From: Candidatus Omnitrophota bacterium
GTDB lineage: Bacteria > Omnitrophota > Gorgyraeia > Gygaellales > Profunditerraquicolaceae
DNA: 64,000 nucleotides
Assembly: GCA_028716705.1 (NCBI GenBank)
Contig: JAQUPI010000001.1
Span: 65,614 to 129,613, forward strand
Direction of reading: 5' to 3'
Shown here in pieces: positions 1-10,028 of the stretch. Position 1 is the stretch's first letter; the number at the start of each line of letters is the position of its first letter. Under the pieces are notes generated by a model. That model made no database searches and was not told the DNA's origin. It was given only the letters and a program-made list of their open reading frames with translations. The translations under genes and the position numbers were made by a program.

Positions 1-786
1 CAGAATTTTGTGGATCTAATGAAATTATTGGGAAAGGAAACGATCATTCCGCAAGGGGCATCCCGGATGACATTTCTGTTAGCGCCATTCTTGGGATTGC
101 TCAGCGCCGTCCTTGTAGCTACAATTCTAGGCGTTTCCCTGCGCATGCCTTTGGAAAGTTTCGCGGGGGATGTTATCGTGATCTTGTACCTTCTGACGAT
201 GCCTGCCGTATCTATGATCCTCGGAGGTTCCAGCTCACGCAACCCCCTGGCCTCGGTCGGGGCTTCGAGAGAAATGAAATTAGTGCTGGGTTATGAACTG
301 CCATTCATATTATCCATACTCGCCGTGATCATTAGATCCGGAGGCAGCATACAACTGGGGCCTATTTTAAACCAGCAAATAAACTTTGGCTCAAATTTGG
401 CCTCCTGGCCCGGGGCACTGGCATTTATCGCCGCCATATTTTGCATGCAGGCAAAATTGGGTTTCGTGCCTTTCGATGTCGCGGAAGCGGAACAAGAGAT
501 AATGGCCGGGGCGGTCATCGAATATTCAGGGCTGCCGCTGGCGGTCTTTAGATTGACAAAGGCGGTACTGTTATATACAATACCTTTATTTTTGATCGCC
601 CTTTTCTGGGCGGGGAATTTATCATGGCTGGCGTTAACCGGAAAATACATCGCGGTATTAGTCATAATTATCCTGATAAAAAACACAAACCCGCGTTTGC
701 GCATCGACCAGGCGATGAGGTTTTTTTGGGGGCCGGTCACGGCTCTGGCGGGTATTTCCGTAATATTGGCGTTGTTCGGGCTATAA
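1..786 (+). CDS. Membrane subunit of energy-converting hydrogenase / complex I family (NuoH/HycD/MbhM-like), 5' end truncated by window edge
   Basis: Frame 1 is open from nt 1. Translation carries NuoH/HycD hallmarks (…ASVGASREMK…PFDVAEAEQEIMAGAVIEYSGLP…) and is multi-TM hydrophobic. First gene of the hydrogenase cluster. Confidence 0.8.
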   Translation, partial: QNFVDLMKLLGKETIIPQGASRMTFLLAPFLGLLSAVLVATILGVSLRMPLESFAGDVIVILYLLTMPAVSMILGGSSSRNPLASVGASREMKLVLGYELPFILSILAVIIRSGGSIQLGPILNQQINFGSNLASWPGALAFIAAIFCMQAKLGFVPFDVAEAEQEIMAGAVIEYSGLPLAVFRLTKAVLLYTIPLFLIALFWAGNLSWLALTGKYIAVLVIIILIKNTNPRLRIDQAMRFFWGPVTALAGISVILALFGL

Positions 787-796
787 GTTTTGAACT

Positions 797-1222
797 ATGG
801 ACCTTAAATTAAAAGCTTTGACAAAATCGATCTGGGTCTTTCACGCCGCGACCTCTCCCTGCAATAACTGCGATATAGAGGTTTTGGACCTTCTCACTCC
901 CAAGTATGACGTTGAGCGGTTGGGGATCGTCCTGGTAGGAAGCGTCAGGCACGCGGACGCGCTCTTGGTGACCGGCGTGCCAAATTATAAGACCAGGGAA
1001 AGATTAAAGAAGCTTTACGAACAAGCGCCAAAGCCCTGTGTGGTTGTGGCGATAGGAGGCTGCGCCTGCGGAAGGATAATCTTCCAGGATTCCTATAATT
1101 CCCCCTGTCCGGTAGACGAAGTGGTCCCCGTGGATGTTTATATCCCGGGATGCCCTCCTAAACCCCAGGCGATGATCGCCGGGATAGCCAAGTTGATAAA
1201 GAAAGTAAGAGGCGAAAAATAA
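797..1222 (+). CDS. Group 4 [NiFe]-hydrogenase small subunit (NuoB/MbhJ/EchC-like, proximal 4Fe-4S)
   Basis: 141 aa with CNNC … GGCACGR … PGCPP cysteine pattern typical of NuoB / hydrogenase small subunits. Directly follows the NuoH-like gene. Confidence 0.85.
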   Translation: MDLKLKALTKSIWVFHAATSPCNNCDIEVLDLLTPKYDVERLGIVLVGSVRHADALLVTGVPNYKTRERLKKLYEQAPKPCVVVAIGGCACGRIIFQDSYNSPCPVDEVVPVDVYIPGCPPKPQAMIAGIAKLIKKVRGEK

Positions 1223-1656
1223 TGTCTGTGACAGAAAAGATAAAAGAAAGATTTGAAGGCAGGATAACAGATTGGCATGAGCATTCGGCGAGAAGGGCGT
1301 ATTTTTCCATAAAACCTCCCGACATAAAGGAAGTCGCTAACTTTCTATTCAAGGAACTGGGTTTAAGGTTCGCCATTGCCACGGGCCAGGATACCCCGCA
1401 GGGCATAGAAATACTCTATCATTTTTCCGACGACAAGACCGGCCAGATCATCTCCGCGCGCGTTTTAATAGAAGACAAGAAGAAGCCCCAGATAGATTCC
1501 ATCGCGCCTTTATTCGTGGCCGCGGAATGGATCGAGCGCGAGATGTGGGAGCTGCTAGGGATCAATTTTATCGGCCATCCAAACTTAAAAAGGCTGCTTC
1601 TGGCTGATGAATGGCCGGAAGGAAAGTACCCGTTGAGGCATAACCATGAGTCATAA
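1222..1656 (+). CDS. NuoC/MbhK/EchD-like 30 kDa subunit of energy-converting hydrogenase
   Basis: 144 aa. Start overlaps upstream stop (ATGA-type). Sits between NuoB-like and NuoD-like genes. Sequence has NuoC-like character (…LFVAAEWIEREMWELLGINF…). Confidence 0.75.
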   Translation: MSVTEKIKERFEGRITDWHEHSARRAYFSIKPPDIKEVANFLFKELGLRFAIATGQDTPQGIEILYHFSDDKTGQIISARVLIEDKKKPQIDSIAPLFVAAEWIEREMWELLGINFIGHPNLKRLLLADEWPEGKYPLRHNHES

Positions 1657-2839
1657 AGTCATCATACCTATAGGGCCCTACCACCCCTTGCAGGAAGAGC
1701 CGGAATTCTTCCGGCTTTACACCGAGGGCGAGAAGGTCGTAGATATCGATATCGTTATCGGCTACATGCACCGCGGTATCGAGGAACTGGCGGAACATAA
1801 ACATTTCGACCAGGTGGCGTTTCTGGTCGAACGGATATGCGGTATCTGTTCGTCAAGCCACCCTTACGCCTTTGTCCTGGCAGTTGAGGATATCATGGGA
1901 GGGGAGCAGAATGTTGTTCCTGAGAGGGCTCTTTACATCCGTACGATCGTCGATGAACTTCAAAGGCTGCACAGCCATCTCTTGTGGCTGGGTTTAGCGG
2001 GCCATTTTATCGGATACAATACCGTCTGGATGTGGGCCTGGAAGTACCGGGAACCGATATTGGAGGTATTTGAAATGATCTGCGGGAACCGTAACCACTA
2101 CGCGATGAGCAAGATAGGAGGCGTGCGGCGGGATATAAGGGACATGGATATACCTGTGTTAAAGAAAACCATGGACGACCTGGTCCCGGCCGTGGATATG
2201 TTCAAGGGCGCGGTCATGGACGACCCGGTAATACAGGCGCGGCTTAAAGGGATAGGCGTATTGACCCGGGAGCAGGCTATAGAGTGGGCCGTAGTAGGGC
2301 CGACGGCCAGGGCCTCAGGAGTAAATATCGATATACGCAGGGATGATCCTTACGGGGTGTTCGACAAGATCGATTGGAACGTTATCGTCGAGAAAGACGG
2401 GGACGTATTTGCTAAGACTAAGGTGCGTATCCTGGAAATGTATGAGTCCATAAATATCATCCGTCAATGCTTAAGTAAGATGCCCAAAGGCGAGATCGAC
2501 GCTAACATCAAGGACGTACCCCCCGGAGAAGGCATAGGCCGGGTGGAGGCGCCCAGGGGAGAATGTTTTCACTATGTAAAGAGCGACGGCACTAACAGGC
2601 CGATACGGCACAAGATACGGGCCCCCAGTTATATGAACGTGGCTTCAAATAAGGTGGCGGCGGTAGGCGGGACTATTTCGGACGCGGCGATCACGCTGGC
2701 CGCGGTAGACCCTTGTTACTGCTGCACGGAAAGACTGATCGTATTGGATAAGGCGACGGATAAGAAGCTTATGAACGGATGGGACCTGATCAGGCTTTCG
2801 CAGGAAAAAACCAAAAAGATGCAAGAGGGACGCTTATGA
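1646..2839 (+). CDS. [NiFe]-hydrogenase large subunit, group 4 (NuoD/MbhL/EchE-like), Ni-Fe ligands intact
   Basis: 397 aa. N-terminal RICGICSSSH (RxCGxCxxxH) and C-terminal DPCYCCTER (DPCxxCxxR, the group 4 variant) are both present. Confidence 0.85.
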   Translation: MSHKVIIPIGPYHPLQEEPEFFRLYTEGEKVVDIDIVIGYMHRGIEELAEHKHFDQVAFLVERICGICSSSHPYAFVLAVEDIMGGEQNVVPERALYIRTIVDELQRLHSHLLWLGLAGHFIGYNTVWMWAWKYREPILEVFEMICGNRNHYAMSKIGGVRRDIRDMDIPVLKKTMDDLVPAVDMFKGAVMDDPVIQARLKGIGVLTREQAIEWAVVGPTARASGVNIDIRRDDPYGVFDKIDWNVIVEKDGDVFAKTKVRILEMYESINIIRQCLSKMPKGEIDANIKDVPPGEGIGRVEAPRGECFHYVKSDGTNRPIRHKIRAPSYMNVASNKVAAVGGTISDAAITLAAVDPCYCCTERLIVLDKATDKKLMNGWDLIRLSQEKTKKMQEGRL

Positions 2840-3453
2840 CAGGACTTGACGATATTAAGGTAAAGATAGCGCAAATGTCCAAGATACCGCTGGAAATGTG
2901 GCGGCTTACCTTCCGTGTATTCATGGAGCAGGACACCGACCTTATTTTGCAGATACTGGAAAAGGAATCCGGCTTGAACAAGCTCGAGGAACAACTTACC
3001 TCTGAATTGATCACGCTTGGCAGATCCTCCGGTAAATCGGAGAAGTCGATAATTACCGTTTACGCCGACATTGTGGGGGACCTTGAGATAATCGGTGATT
3101 ACTGCAAAGATATCCTGGAAAGGGTCCAGATAAAGATAGAAGAGAAGCTCCTTTTCAGCGATGACGCGGTGAAAGAATACAGCGACCTTTATCGCAAGAC
3201 CGAAAAGGCCATGGAAGACCTTGCTTTTGCCCTGGAAAAAGAGGATTATTGCTTATTAAAGAGGCTGTTAAAGAATGACAAAGAAATAGATAAGCTGGTA
3301 AATGAATACCGCGGGCGGCATAACCAGCGGCTCATAGAAGGGGTGTGCACGCCCTTCGCCTGCAATATGTTTTTAAATATGCTGGATTTTACGGCGTCTG
3401 TTTATCATCATGTTGACAGCATCGCTGAAAAATTAGTCAGGTTGGAAAAATGA
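2836..3453 (+). CDS. PhoU-domain protein (two PhoU-like helical repeats) embedded in hydrogenase operon
   Basis: Start MTGLDDIK at 2836 overlaps the large-subunit stop. Contains …DIVGDLEIIGDYCKDILERV… and …ASVYHHVDSIAEKLV…, resembling the two PhoU ERIGD-type repeats. The family assignment is tentative. Confidence 0.45.
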   Translation: MTGLDDIKVKIAQMSKIPLEMWRLTFRVFMEQDTDLILQILEKESGLNKLEEQLTSELITLGRSSGKSEKSIITVYADIVGDLEIIGDYCKDILERVQIKIEEKLLFSDDAVKEYSDLYRKTEKAMEDLAFALEKEDYCLLKRLLKNDKEIDKLVNEYRGRHNQRLIEGVCTPFACNMFLNMLDFTASVYHHVDSIAEKLVRLEK

Positions 3454-4844
3454 ACCCGGCGCTAGGCGCGATATCATTACCTATACTCGGGGCTTTTATC
3501 ATAAAAGCCTTTCCCAAAAAACATAAGCCTGGCCTTTCAGTTTTAACGCTTTTCGCCACATTCATACTCTGCCTTTTCGCTGTCCCGCCCGTGATCAAAT
3601 TCAAGGAGATCATTTTCCAAAAATACTTTACCGATTGGTTCAGCCTGTCTTTTGTCATTGATGGTTTAAGCGTGTTCATGGCCGGTGTCTCTTCCTTTGT
3701 CGCCCTTCTTATCGGCCTTTATTCTTTGGAATATATGAAGGAATACGCCGATAAGGATGAATTTTATTTCTGGACGCTCATTTTCGTGGGCGCCATGATG
3801 GGCCTGGTTTTCTCCTCCAACCTGATCCTTATATACTGTTTCTGGGAGGTCACCGCGGTATGTTCCTGGAAACTCATCGGCTTTTACAGGAAGGAGAAAG
3901 ACGCTAAGGCGGCGGATAGGGCGTTTTTAGTCACCTTTTTCGGCGCGTCATTAATGCTCTTGGGCATAGTTTTGATATATCTTGCCTATGGGACTTTGGA
4001 ATTATCCAATCTAAAGACCCAGGCTATAGGCAATTTATTCGCGTTTTTGCTGCTGGGAGGTATCATTTCAAAATCAGCGCAGCTTCCCTTGCATACCTGG
4101 CTTCCCGACGCGGGAGTCGCCCCTACGCCTGTAACCGCGCTTTTACACGCGGCGGTATTGGTAAAGATAGGAGTTTATGTCTTCGCCAGGCTTTTTTATC
4201 TTACATTCATCCCTACTCCGGTTTTTTTAAATTCAGTTATAGCTCTTTGCGCGATAACCATAGTAGTTGCCGGAGGCGCGGCGCTGGTTGAGAGCAATAT
4301 GAAGAGGATACTGGCTTACTCCACAGTAAGCCAGTTAGGTTATATCATCCTGGCCTTTTCTCTCGGGACGGACTTGGCTTTCAAAATGGCGATGTTGTAT
4401 ATCCTGGCGCACAGCCTGGCAAAAGCCGGCCTGTTTTTGTGCGCCGGCATAGTAGAGCATAAGACCGGCACCAAAGATATAAACGAGTTGGGCGGGCTTC
4501 TAAAGACCATGCCTTATACCGGCACCGCATACCTTTTATGCGCCTTTGCCATCATCGGCATCCCGCCGTTCCTTGGTTTCTGGCCTAAATTTATGACCGT
4601 GCTTTTTACCGTCCAACAGGGTCATCTGTGGGCGGGGATCCTTGCTATCGCCGGAGCTTTGTTCACTTTATTTTATCTTATGCGCTTATTTGACAGGGTA
4701 TTCCTTGGAGAGGTAAAGATCAAAGCAGCTGAAGAAAGCCGCTCATTAATGGTAACGGTTGTTTTAGCGCTTGGTATCTCTTCTTTATTGCTGGGCCTCG
4801 GGATAAAGTTTCCCTTGAATTTTTTGCAGGCGGTGGTCAGATAA
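3450..4844 (+). CDS. Mrp/complex I antiporter-like subunit (MrpD/NuoL-M-N family, MbhH-like)
   Basis: 464 aa polytopic. Carries the family signature WLPDAGVAPTPVTALLHAAVLVKIGVY. Confidence 0.8.
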   Translation: MNPALGAISLPILGAFIIKAFPKKHKPGLSVLTLFATFILCLFAVPPVIKFKEIIFQKYFTDWFSLSFVIDGLSVFMAGVSSFVALLIGLYSLEYMKEYADKDEFYFWTLIFVGAMMGLVFSSNLILIYCFWEVTAVCSWKLIGFYRKEKDAKAADRAFLVTFFGASLMLLGIVLIYLAYGTLELSNLKTQAIGNLFAFLLLGGIISKSAQLPLHTWLPDAGVAPTPVTALLHAAVLVKIGVYVFARLFYLTFIPTPVFLNSVIALCAITIVVAGGAALVESNMKRILAYSTVSQLGYIILAFSLGTDLAFKMAMLYILAHSLAKAGLFLCAGIVEHKTGTKDINELGGLLKTMPYTGTAYLLCAFAIIGIPPFLGFWPKFMTVLFTVQQGHLWAGILAIAGALFTLFYLMRLFDRVFLGEVKIKAAEESRSLMVTVVLALGISSLLLGLGIKFPLNFLQAVVR

Positions 4845-6730
4845 TGGAAATGAATTTGCATATATTGGTTGGTTTACCCCTGGTTTGCGGATTTGTCCTT
4901 TTTTTATTCAGAAATGAGAGATTGAATAAGAACCTGGCATTATTGGTACTGTTGTTAGGTTTTATCTGGTCCATAAATGCGGCGATAAGGCCGGCGCCTC
5001 AAAAGGCGATCGAACTCATCGGTAATTACAGCCTTATATTAGGATCAAACAGGCTTTCCGGATTGATCATCATTTTTGTGAATCTCTTCGGGCTGCTTAC
5101 ATGCCTTTATTCAAGAGACATGGAGAATAAGGGGGCGTTCTTTTCTTATCTTGCTTGGTTGATAGGTTTTTCCAACCTGGCGCTTTTATCCGCTGATTTT
5201 ATTACCTTTATCTTTTCCTGGGGCGCCACGCTCGCGCTGCTTTACGCGCTTTTAAATCTCGGATCCGGACGCAGCGCCAAAAAGGCTTTTTCTATTGTAG
5301 GGTTCGCCGATTTTTCCCTGATGCTCGGGGTATGCCTGTATATCGCCGTAACCAATAGCGCTGTCATGCCGCAGGGCCGCGGCTTGGCCCTGGACAACCC
5401 AATGGCCTGGTTTTCTTTTATCCTGATGCTTGTAGGCGCCTTTGCCAAGGCCGGATGCGCGCCGTTCCATACCTGGATAACCACGGCCGCGGAAGACGCG
5501 CCTGTGCCGGTAATGGCCATACTTCCCGGATCTCTGGATAAATTATTAGGTATATATCTGTTGGCGCGCGTCTCGGCGGATTTCTTCGTGCTCAATGGCG
5601 CGGCAATGGCGATATTGCTTCTTACGGGAGGCCTGACTATCATCTTCGCGGTAATGATGGCTTTGATACAGCATGATCTAAGGAAACTATTGTCCTTTCA
5701 CGCTGTCAGCCAGGTAGGTTACATGGTCCTCGGGTTCGGCACCGGTAATGCCCTGGGTTTCGCGGGCGGAATATTCCATATGATAAACAACGCCGTTTAT
5801 AAAAGCGGCTTATTTCTCGTAGGCGGAGCGGTGGAAAAGAGGAAAAAGACCTTCGAGCTGGAAGAGCTGGGAGGCCTGGCCGCGTATATGCCTTTGACCT
5901 TTATCTCCGGCCTGGTCTTTGCGTTATCCATATCCGGCATCCCTCCGTTGAACGGTTTCGCTTCCAAGTGGATGCTTTATCAGGGCGCGCTTTCGGGTAT
6001 GTTTAACACCCCCAATTCCTGGCTGCGCCTTACCTTTCTTTTCGCCATTATCGCCGCCATGTTCGGCAGCGCCCTTACCTTGGCCAGTTTTATTAAATTC
6101 ATCCATGCTATTTTCCTGGGGGAAGGCCGCGCCGAAAGAAAGGCGCAGCCTAAAGAGGTATCCTTTAGCATGGTGTTTCCTTTATTAATCCTGGCTTTGC
6201 TTTGCGTCCTTTTGGGCGTATTTCCCAAGTTATTCATTGGTAAACTCATTGAACCCTGGGTTGGGCAAGCGATCTCTTTTTCCGGCTCATGGGACAGTTT
6301 ATTTGTCTTTATCTTTCTCGCGGCCGGCTTAGCGGCGGGAGCTATAGTGTATTTTACCTACGCGAGTAAGGGCACGAGGCAGGACGGCGCTTATACCGGG
6401 TGCGAGACCGCTCCTCCTGAGCCGTCGTATCCCGCTACTGAATTTTATAAGACTATTCAGTCCATGCCCCTGGCAGGGAAATTCTATGGATTAATGAAAC
6501 AGGAAGCGCTGGATGTTTACAATATACTCTCCGGGATTTTGACTATCGCGGGGCGCTTGCTTTATATATTTATAGACCGCTTGATCTACGTTTTGACCAG
6601 CGCCGCCGGTTACAGCGTGCTGGGTTTAAGCTGGGTATTCAGGAAAATGCATTCGGGCGTTTTAGACCAGTATCTTGCCTGGAGCCTCGCGGGATTGCTC
6701 GCGATGTTTTTTATTTTAATGGCGAAATAA
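4844..6730 (+). CDS. Long Mrp/complex I antiporter-like subunit (MrpA/MrpD family) with C-terminal extension
   Basis: 628 aa polytopic. Divergent signature PFHTWITTAAEDAPVPVMAILPGS in the position of the WLPDA motif. ATGG overlap with the upstream gene. Confidence 0.7.
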   Translation: MEMNLHILVGLPLVCGFVLFLFRNERLNKNLALLVLLLGFIWSINAAIRPAPQKAIELIGNYSLILGSNRLSGLIIIFVNLFGLLTCLYSRDMENKGAFFSYLAWLIGFSNLALLSADFITFIFSWGATLALLYALLNLGSGRSAKKAFSIVGFADFSLMLGVCLYIAVTNSAVMPQGRGLALDNPMAWFSFILMLVGAFAKAGCAPFHTWITTAAEDAPVPVMAILPGSLDKLLGIYLLARVSADFFVLNGAAMAILLLTGGLTIIFAVMMALIQHDLRKLLSFHAVSQVGYMVLGFGTGNALGFAGGIFHMINNAVYKSGLFLVGGAVEKRKKTFELEELGGLAAYMPLTFISGLVFALSISGIPPLNGFASKWMLYQGALSGMFNTPNSWLRLTFLFAIIAAMFGSALTLASFIKFIHAIFLGEGRAERKAQPKEVSFSMVFPLLILALLCVLLGVFPKLFIGKLIEPWVGQAISFSGSWDSLFVFIFLAAGLAAGAIVYFTYASKGTRQDGAYTGCETAPPEPSYPATEFYKTIQSMPLAGKFYGLMKQEALDVYNILSGILTIAGRLLYIFIDRLIYVLTSAAGYSVLGLSWVFRKMHSGVLDQYLAWSLAGLLAMFFILMAK

Positions 6731-6731
6731 C

Positions 6732-7250
6732 ATGATAGAACTGCATATTGTATTGGTTTTGATGATCATCGGGGCGGTAGTGGCGACGGAGATCAATGAC
6801 CTGCTTTCCAGCGTTATTGCCCTGGGGGCGGTAGGTTTCGGGCTTACCCTGGAATTCTTATTATTACGCGCTCCCGACCTCGCGATCACCCAGTTAGTAG
6901 TGGAGATATTATCAGTGATCATCCTGATCAGGGCGACAATAGGGACAAAAATCTGCTGTGATCCGATAAAGACCAGGGCCGCGTATTTTGTTTTCGCGGC
7001 ACTTTTTACCGGGGCCTTCCTGGCGTTCAGTTACAGGGCGCTGGCGCAATTACCCGCTTTCGGGTCTCCTATCATGAAGATGGGCGCGCAGTATATACAG
7101 GAAGCAGCAGCGAAGACCGGCGCCGCGAATATTGTCTCATCAGTGATCTTGGATTTCAGGGCTTACGATACTTTGGGCGAAGCGACGATATTATTCACAT
7201 CCGTGATAGGGGTTTTAGCCGTCTTACGCTTAGCGGGAAGGAATAAATGA
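6732..7250 (+). CDS. Small membrane subunit with MnhB-type domain (MbhD/E-like)
   Basis: 172 aa hydrophobic. Contains …ALGAVGFGLTLEFLLLRAPDLAITQLVVEI…, resembling the MrpA C-terminal / MnhB N-terminal region. Confidence 0.5.
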   Translation: MIELHIVLVLMIIGAVVATEINDLLSSVIALGAVGFGLTLEFLLLRAPDLAITQLVVEILSVIILIRATIGTKICCDPIKTRAAYFVFAALFTGAFLAFSYRALAQLPAFGSPIMKMGAQYIQEAAAKTGAANIVSSVILDFRAYDTLGEATILFTSVIGVLAVLRLAGRNK

Positions 7251-7699
7251 AAGAAGCGGGGATGTCCTTAATCGTGAAACGGATCACCAAGATCACCGTA
7301 AGCCTGATATTTTTATACGGGGTATATATTGTCCTTCATGGGCATATCACTCCGGGAGGGGGGTTTGCCGGAGGCGTGATCATCGCGTTATCTTTTATCC
7401 ATCTTGTGCTCGCTTTCGGAAAGGAAGCGGCATTAAAGAGGCTGAATGAAACAGCGGTGTCAGCGATCGAATCCTTAGGCGGGCTGCTCTTCTGGGGCAT
7501 AGCCCTTTTGGGGCTTTTGGGCGGCGTCTTCTTTTTAAATATCCTGCCCAAAGGCCGGATTTTTCATCTATTCAGTTCGGGCACCATCGTCCTTTGCAAT
7601 ATAGCCATATTCCTTAAGGTAGGCGCCGGGCTTTTCGCGATCTTCATTGCCTTGGCGGCAATGCGGATGCCGGCGGAGAAAAAAGAAGGTAAAAAATGA
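7247..7699 (+). CDS. MrpB/MnhB-like subunit
   Basis: 150 aa with HGHITPGGGFAGGVI, the MnhB HxxPGGGFxGG motif. Confidence 0.65.
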   Translation: MKEAGMSLIVKRITKITVSLIFLYGVYIVLHGHITPGGGFAGGVIIALSFIHLVLAFGKEAALKRLNETAVSAIESLGGLLFWGIALLGLLGGVFFLNILPKGRIFHLFSSGTIVLCNIAIFLKVGAGLFAIFIALAAMRMPAEKKEGKK

Positions 7700-8034
7700 G
7701 CATTTATATACTTTGCCTGATATTGTTTGCCGTGGGTTTATACTGCCTTTTGGTAAAAAGGAACCTGATCAAGAAGATAGTCGGTTTGGGCATAATGGAA
7801 TACGCCGTTAACTTATTTTTTATACTTTTGGGTTACCGCCATAACGGCCAGGCGCCTATATTGGATAAAGAGCAGGCGATCGTCAATATGGTTGACCCGC
7901 TGCCCCAGGCGCTTATTCTTACGTCTATTGTTATCGGTTTAGGCGTAATGGCCTTGATGGTAGCGATCACCGTGCGCCTTTATGAGAAATACCGGACATT
8001 TGATATCGGCGAGATCCGCCGTTTAAAAGGATAA
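7696..8034 (+). CDS. MrpC/NuoK-like subunit
   Basis: 112 aa, three predicted TM segments. Start overlaps the upstream stop. Confidence 0.65.
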   Translation: MSIYILCLILFAVGLYCLLVKRNLIKKIVGLGIMEYAVNLFFILLGYRHNGQAPILDKEQAIVNMVDPLPQALILTSIVIGLGVMALMVAITVRLYEKYRTFDIGEIRRLKG

Positions 8035-8038
8035 GGTC

Positions 8039-9520
8039 ATGCTGCCTATTTTTGTGATTATACCGCTGGGATGCGCGTTCTTGATCCCTATCGCGTCTAA
8101 ATGGCGAAAAGGCTCCGCGCAGATTTTGGCGAATCTCGCCGGAGGGCTCCTCTTATTATTCTCGATCAAGAGCATTTTCTGGTTAAAAACAGGGATAAAA
8201 CTTTATTATCTCGGCGGGTGGAAACCGCCTTTCGGGATCGCCATGGCATTGGACGGGATGACCGTGCTCATGCTTATCGTAGTGAATTTGATCGGGTGTT
8301 TAGCCCTGGTATATTCGATAGATTACATAAAAAGGTATACTTCCCCCGCGCTTTATTACACTTTATTCTCTTTGCTGTTAGCCGGTTTAAACGGGGTAGT
8401 GGTCAGCGCGGATCTGTTCAACCTTTTCGTATTCCTTGAAATTACCTCTATCGCGAGCTACGCCCTGGTCGCTTTCGGAACAGAGGCGGAGGAATTGGAG
8501 GCTTCTTTCAAGTACCTGGTTTTAGGGAGCGTGGCTTCGATTCTGATCTTGCTGGCTATCGGCATGCTCCTGGGCAGCGTATCCACTCTGAACATGGCGG
8601 ATATCAGCCGTTCCCTGGCCGCTTCTTCATCCTCATCAAAAGATATCATACTCTATTGCACGGCATTATTTATTATGGGTTTCGGATTAAAGACGGCCCT
8701 GGTGCCTTTCCACGCCTGGCTCCCCGACGCCCATCCCGCGGCTCCGGCGCCGATGTCAGCCATGCTTTCAGGCGTGGTGATAAAGACGATCGGCGTATAT
8801 GCCCTTTGCAGGGTGGTCTTTAATATACTCGGCTTTACTCAGATGATTTCCTCCATATTCATATGGCTGGGCATAATCTCGATGCTGGTAGGCGTGCTGT
8901 TGGCCATAGGGCAGTGGGATTTTAAAAGATTGCTCGCTTACCATTCGATCAGCCAGATCGGTTATGTCATATTCGGCATAGGATTAGGGACTCCGTTAGG
9001 GATAATGGGGGGGCTGTTCCATCTCTTTAACCATTCTTTGTTCAAATCCCTTTTGTTCTTAAACGCCGGTTCCGTAGAATACTCGACGGGCACAAGGCAG
9101 TTGGAAAAATTAGGCGGGCTTTCGAAACAGATGCCTGTAACCAGCGCTACTTCATTGATCGCGTCTTTGTCGATCGCGGGCATACCTCCTTTTTGCGGAT
9201 TCTGGAGCAAGCTGGTCATTATTATCGCCGCGTTCCAGGCGAATAATATCGCCGGAGGCGTTGTCTGCGTCCTGGTGGGCATAATCACATTGGCTTCTTT
9301 TTTGAAGATCCAGAAGTATGTTTTTATCCGTAAAGTGGAAGAGGCGATGGCCGGAGTGAAGGAAGCGCCTTTATACATGCTTTTTTCTATGGCGGTATTA
9401 GCGGTTTTGTGCGTTGCCGCCGGTTTATTATTTCTGCCCTTTATGGATACGATCATAAAACCCGCGTCCGACGCCTTACTGGAAGGCTTGAATTACGCGG
9501 GGCTTATTTTGGGAACCTGA
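8039..9520 (+). CDS. MrpD/NuoN-like antiporter subunit
   Basis: 493 aa. Canonical FHAWLPDAHPAAPAPMSAMLSGVVIKTIGVYA motif. Confidence 0.85.
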   Translation: MLPIFVIIPLGCAFLIPIASKWRKGSAQILANLAGGLLLLFSIKSIFWLKTGIKLYYLGGWKPPFGIAMALDGMTVLMLIVVNLIGCLALVYSIDYIKRYTSPALYYTLFSLLLAGLNGVVVSADLFNLFVFLEITSIASYALVAFGTEAEELEASFKYLVLGSVASILILLAIGMLLGSVSTLNMADISRSLAASSSSSKDIILYCTALFIMGFGLKTALVPFHAWLPDAHPAAPAPMSAMLSGVVIKTIGVYALCRVVFNILGFTQMISSIFIWLGIISMLVGVLLAIGQWDFKRLLAYHSISQIGYVIFGIGLGTPLGIMGGLFHLFNHSLFKSLLFLNAGSVEYSTGTRQLEKLGGLSKQMPVTSATSLIASLSIAGIPPFCGFWSKLVIIIAAFQANNIAGGVVCVLVGIITLASFLKIQKYVFIRKVEEAMAGVKEAPLYMLFSMAVLAVLCVAAGLLFLPFMDTIIKPASDALLEGLNYAGLILGT

Positions 9521-9524
9521 TAAA

Positions 9525-10028
9525 ATGCGTTATATACGGTCGAGGGCCATTACTTTTACGGTTTCAATTTTACTCTGGCTGCTTTTATCCTTTAGCCTGG
9601 ATTGGCAGCATTTGCTCGTTGGGGCTTTCGCCGCTTTGCTTGTTGCCTGGATGATGGGAGACATGTTCGCCGGGCAGCCGGGAAAATGGCTGAGCCCGAG
9701 GCGCTATGGATGGTTCGCGTTTTATATGTTTGTGTTTGCCTGGGAATGCTTCAAGGCTAATATAGATGTGGCTTACAGGGTTTTAAGCCCGCGGTTACCT
9801 ATTAATCCCGGCATCGTTAAGGTAAAAACGACATTGAAGACCGAGACCGCTTTGACCTTTTTAGCTAACTTTATCACCCTGACACCCGGCACGTTCTCGG
9901 TGGATATAGAAAAAGAGAGCGGTTATATTTACATTCACTGGATAGACGTGAAGACACAAAATATAGAAGAAGCTTCAAGGATCATCGTTTCAAAATCCGA
10001 AAGGATCTTAAAAGAGGTATTTGAATGA
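9525..10028 (+). CDS. MrpE/MnhE-like subunit
   Basis: 167 aa. TLTPGT motif and the size expected for MnhE. Position in Mrp gene order. Confidence 0.65.
   Translation: MRYIRSRAITFTVSILLWLLLSFSLDWQHLLVGAFAALLVAWMMGDMFAGQPGKWLSPRRYGWFAFYMFVFAWECFKANIDVAYRVLSPRLPINPGIVKVKTTLKTETALTFLANFITLTPGTFSVDIEKESGYIYIHWIDVKTQNIEEASRIIVSKSERILKEVFE

Noticed and set aside
291-740. 149-aa minus-strand ORF antisense to the NuoH-like gene. The same applies to the many other 60-170 aa antisense ORFs in the track, e.g. 5242-5643, 8962-9456, 41284-41583, 52607-53299 and 54702-55076.
   Set aside because: They lie entirely inside strongly supported sense genes. They have no RBS and their composition is typical of shadow ORFs, so I treated them as non-coding.
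2779-2835. Longer 224-aa version of the PhoU-like ORF starting at 2779
   Set aside because: The first 19 codons overlap the conserved C-terminus of the hydrogenase large subunit in another frame. The ATG at 2836 gives a compact ATGA-type coupled start.
8101-8439. 112-aa ORF in an alternative frame within the MrpD-like gene
   Set aside because: It is an arginine/proline-rich frame-shadow of a motif-rich membrane gene, with no independent support.
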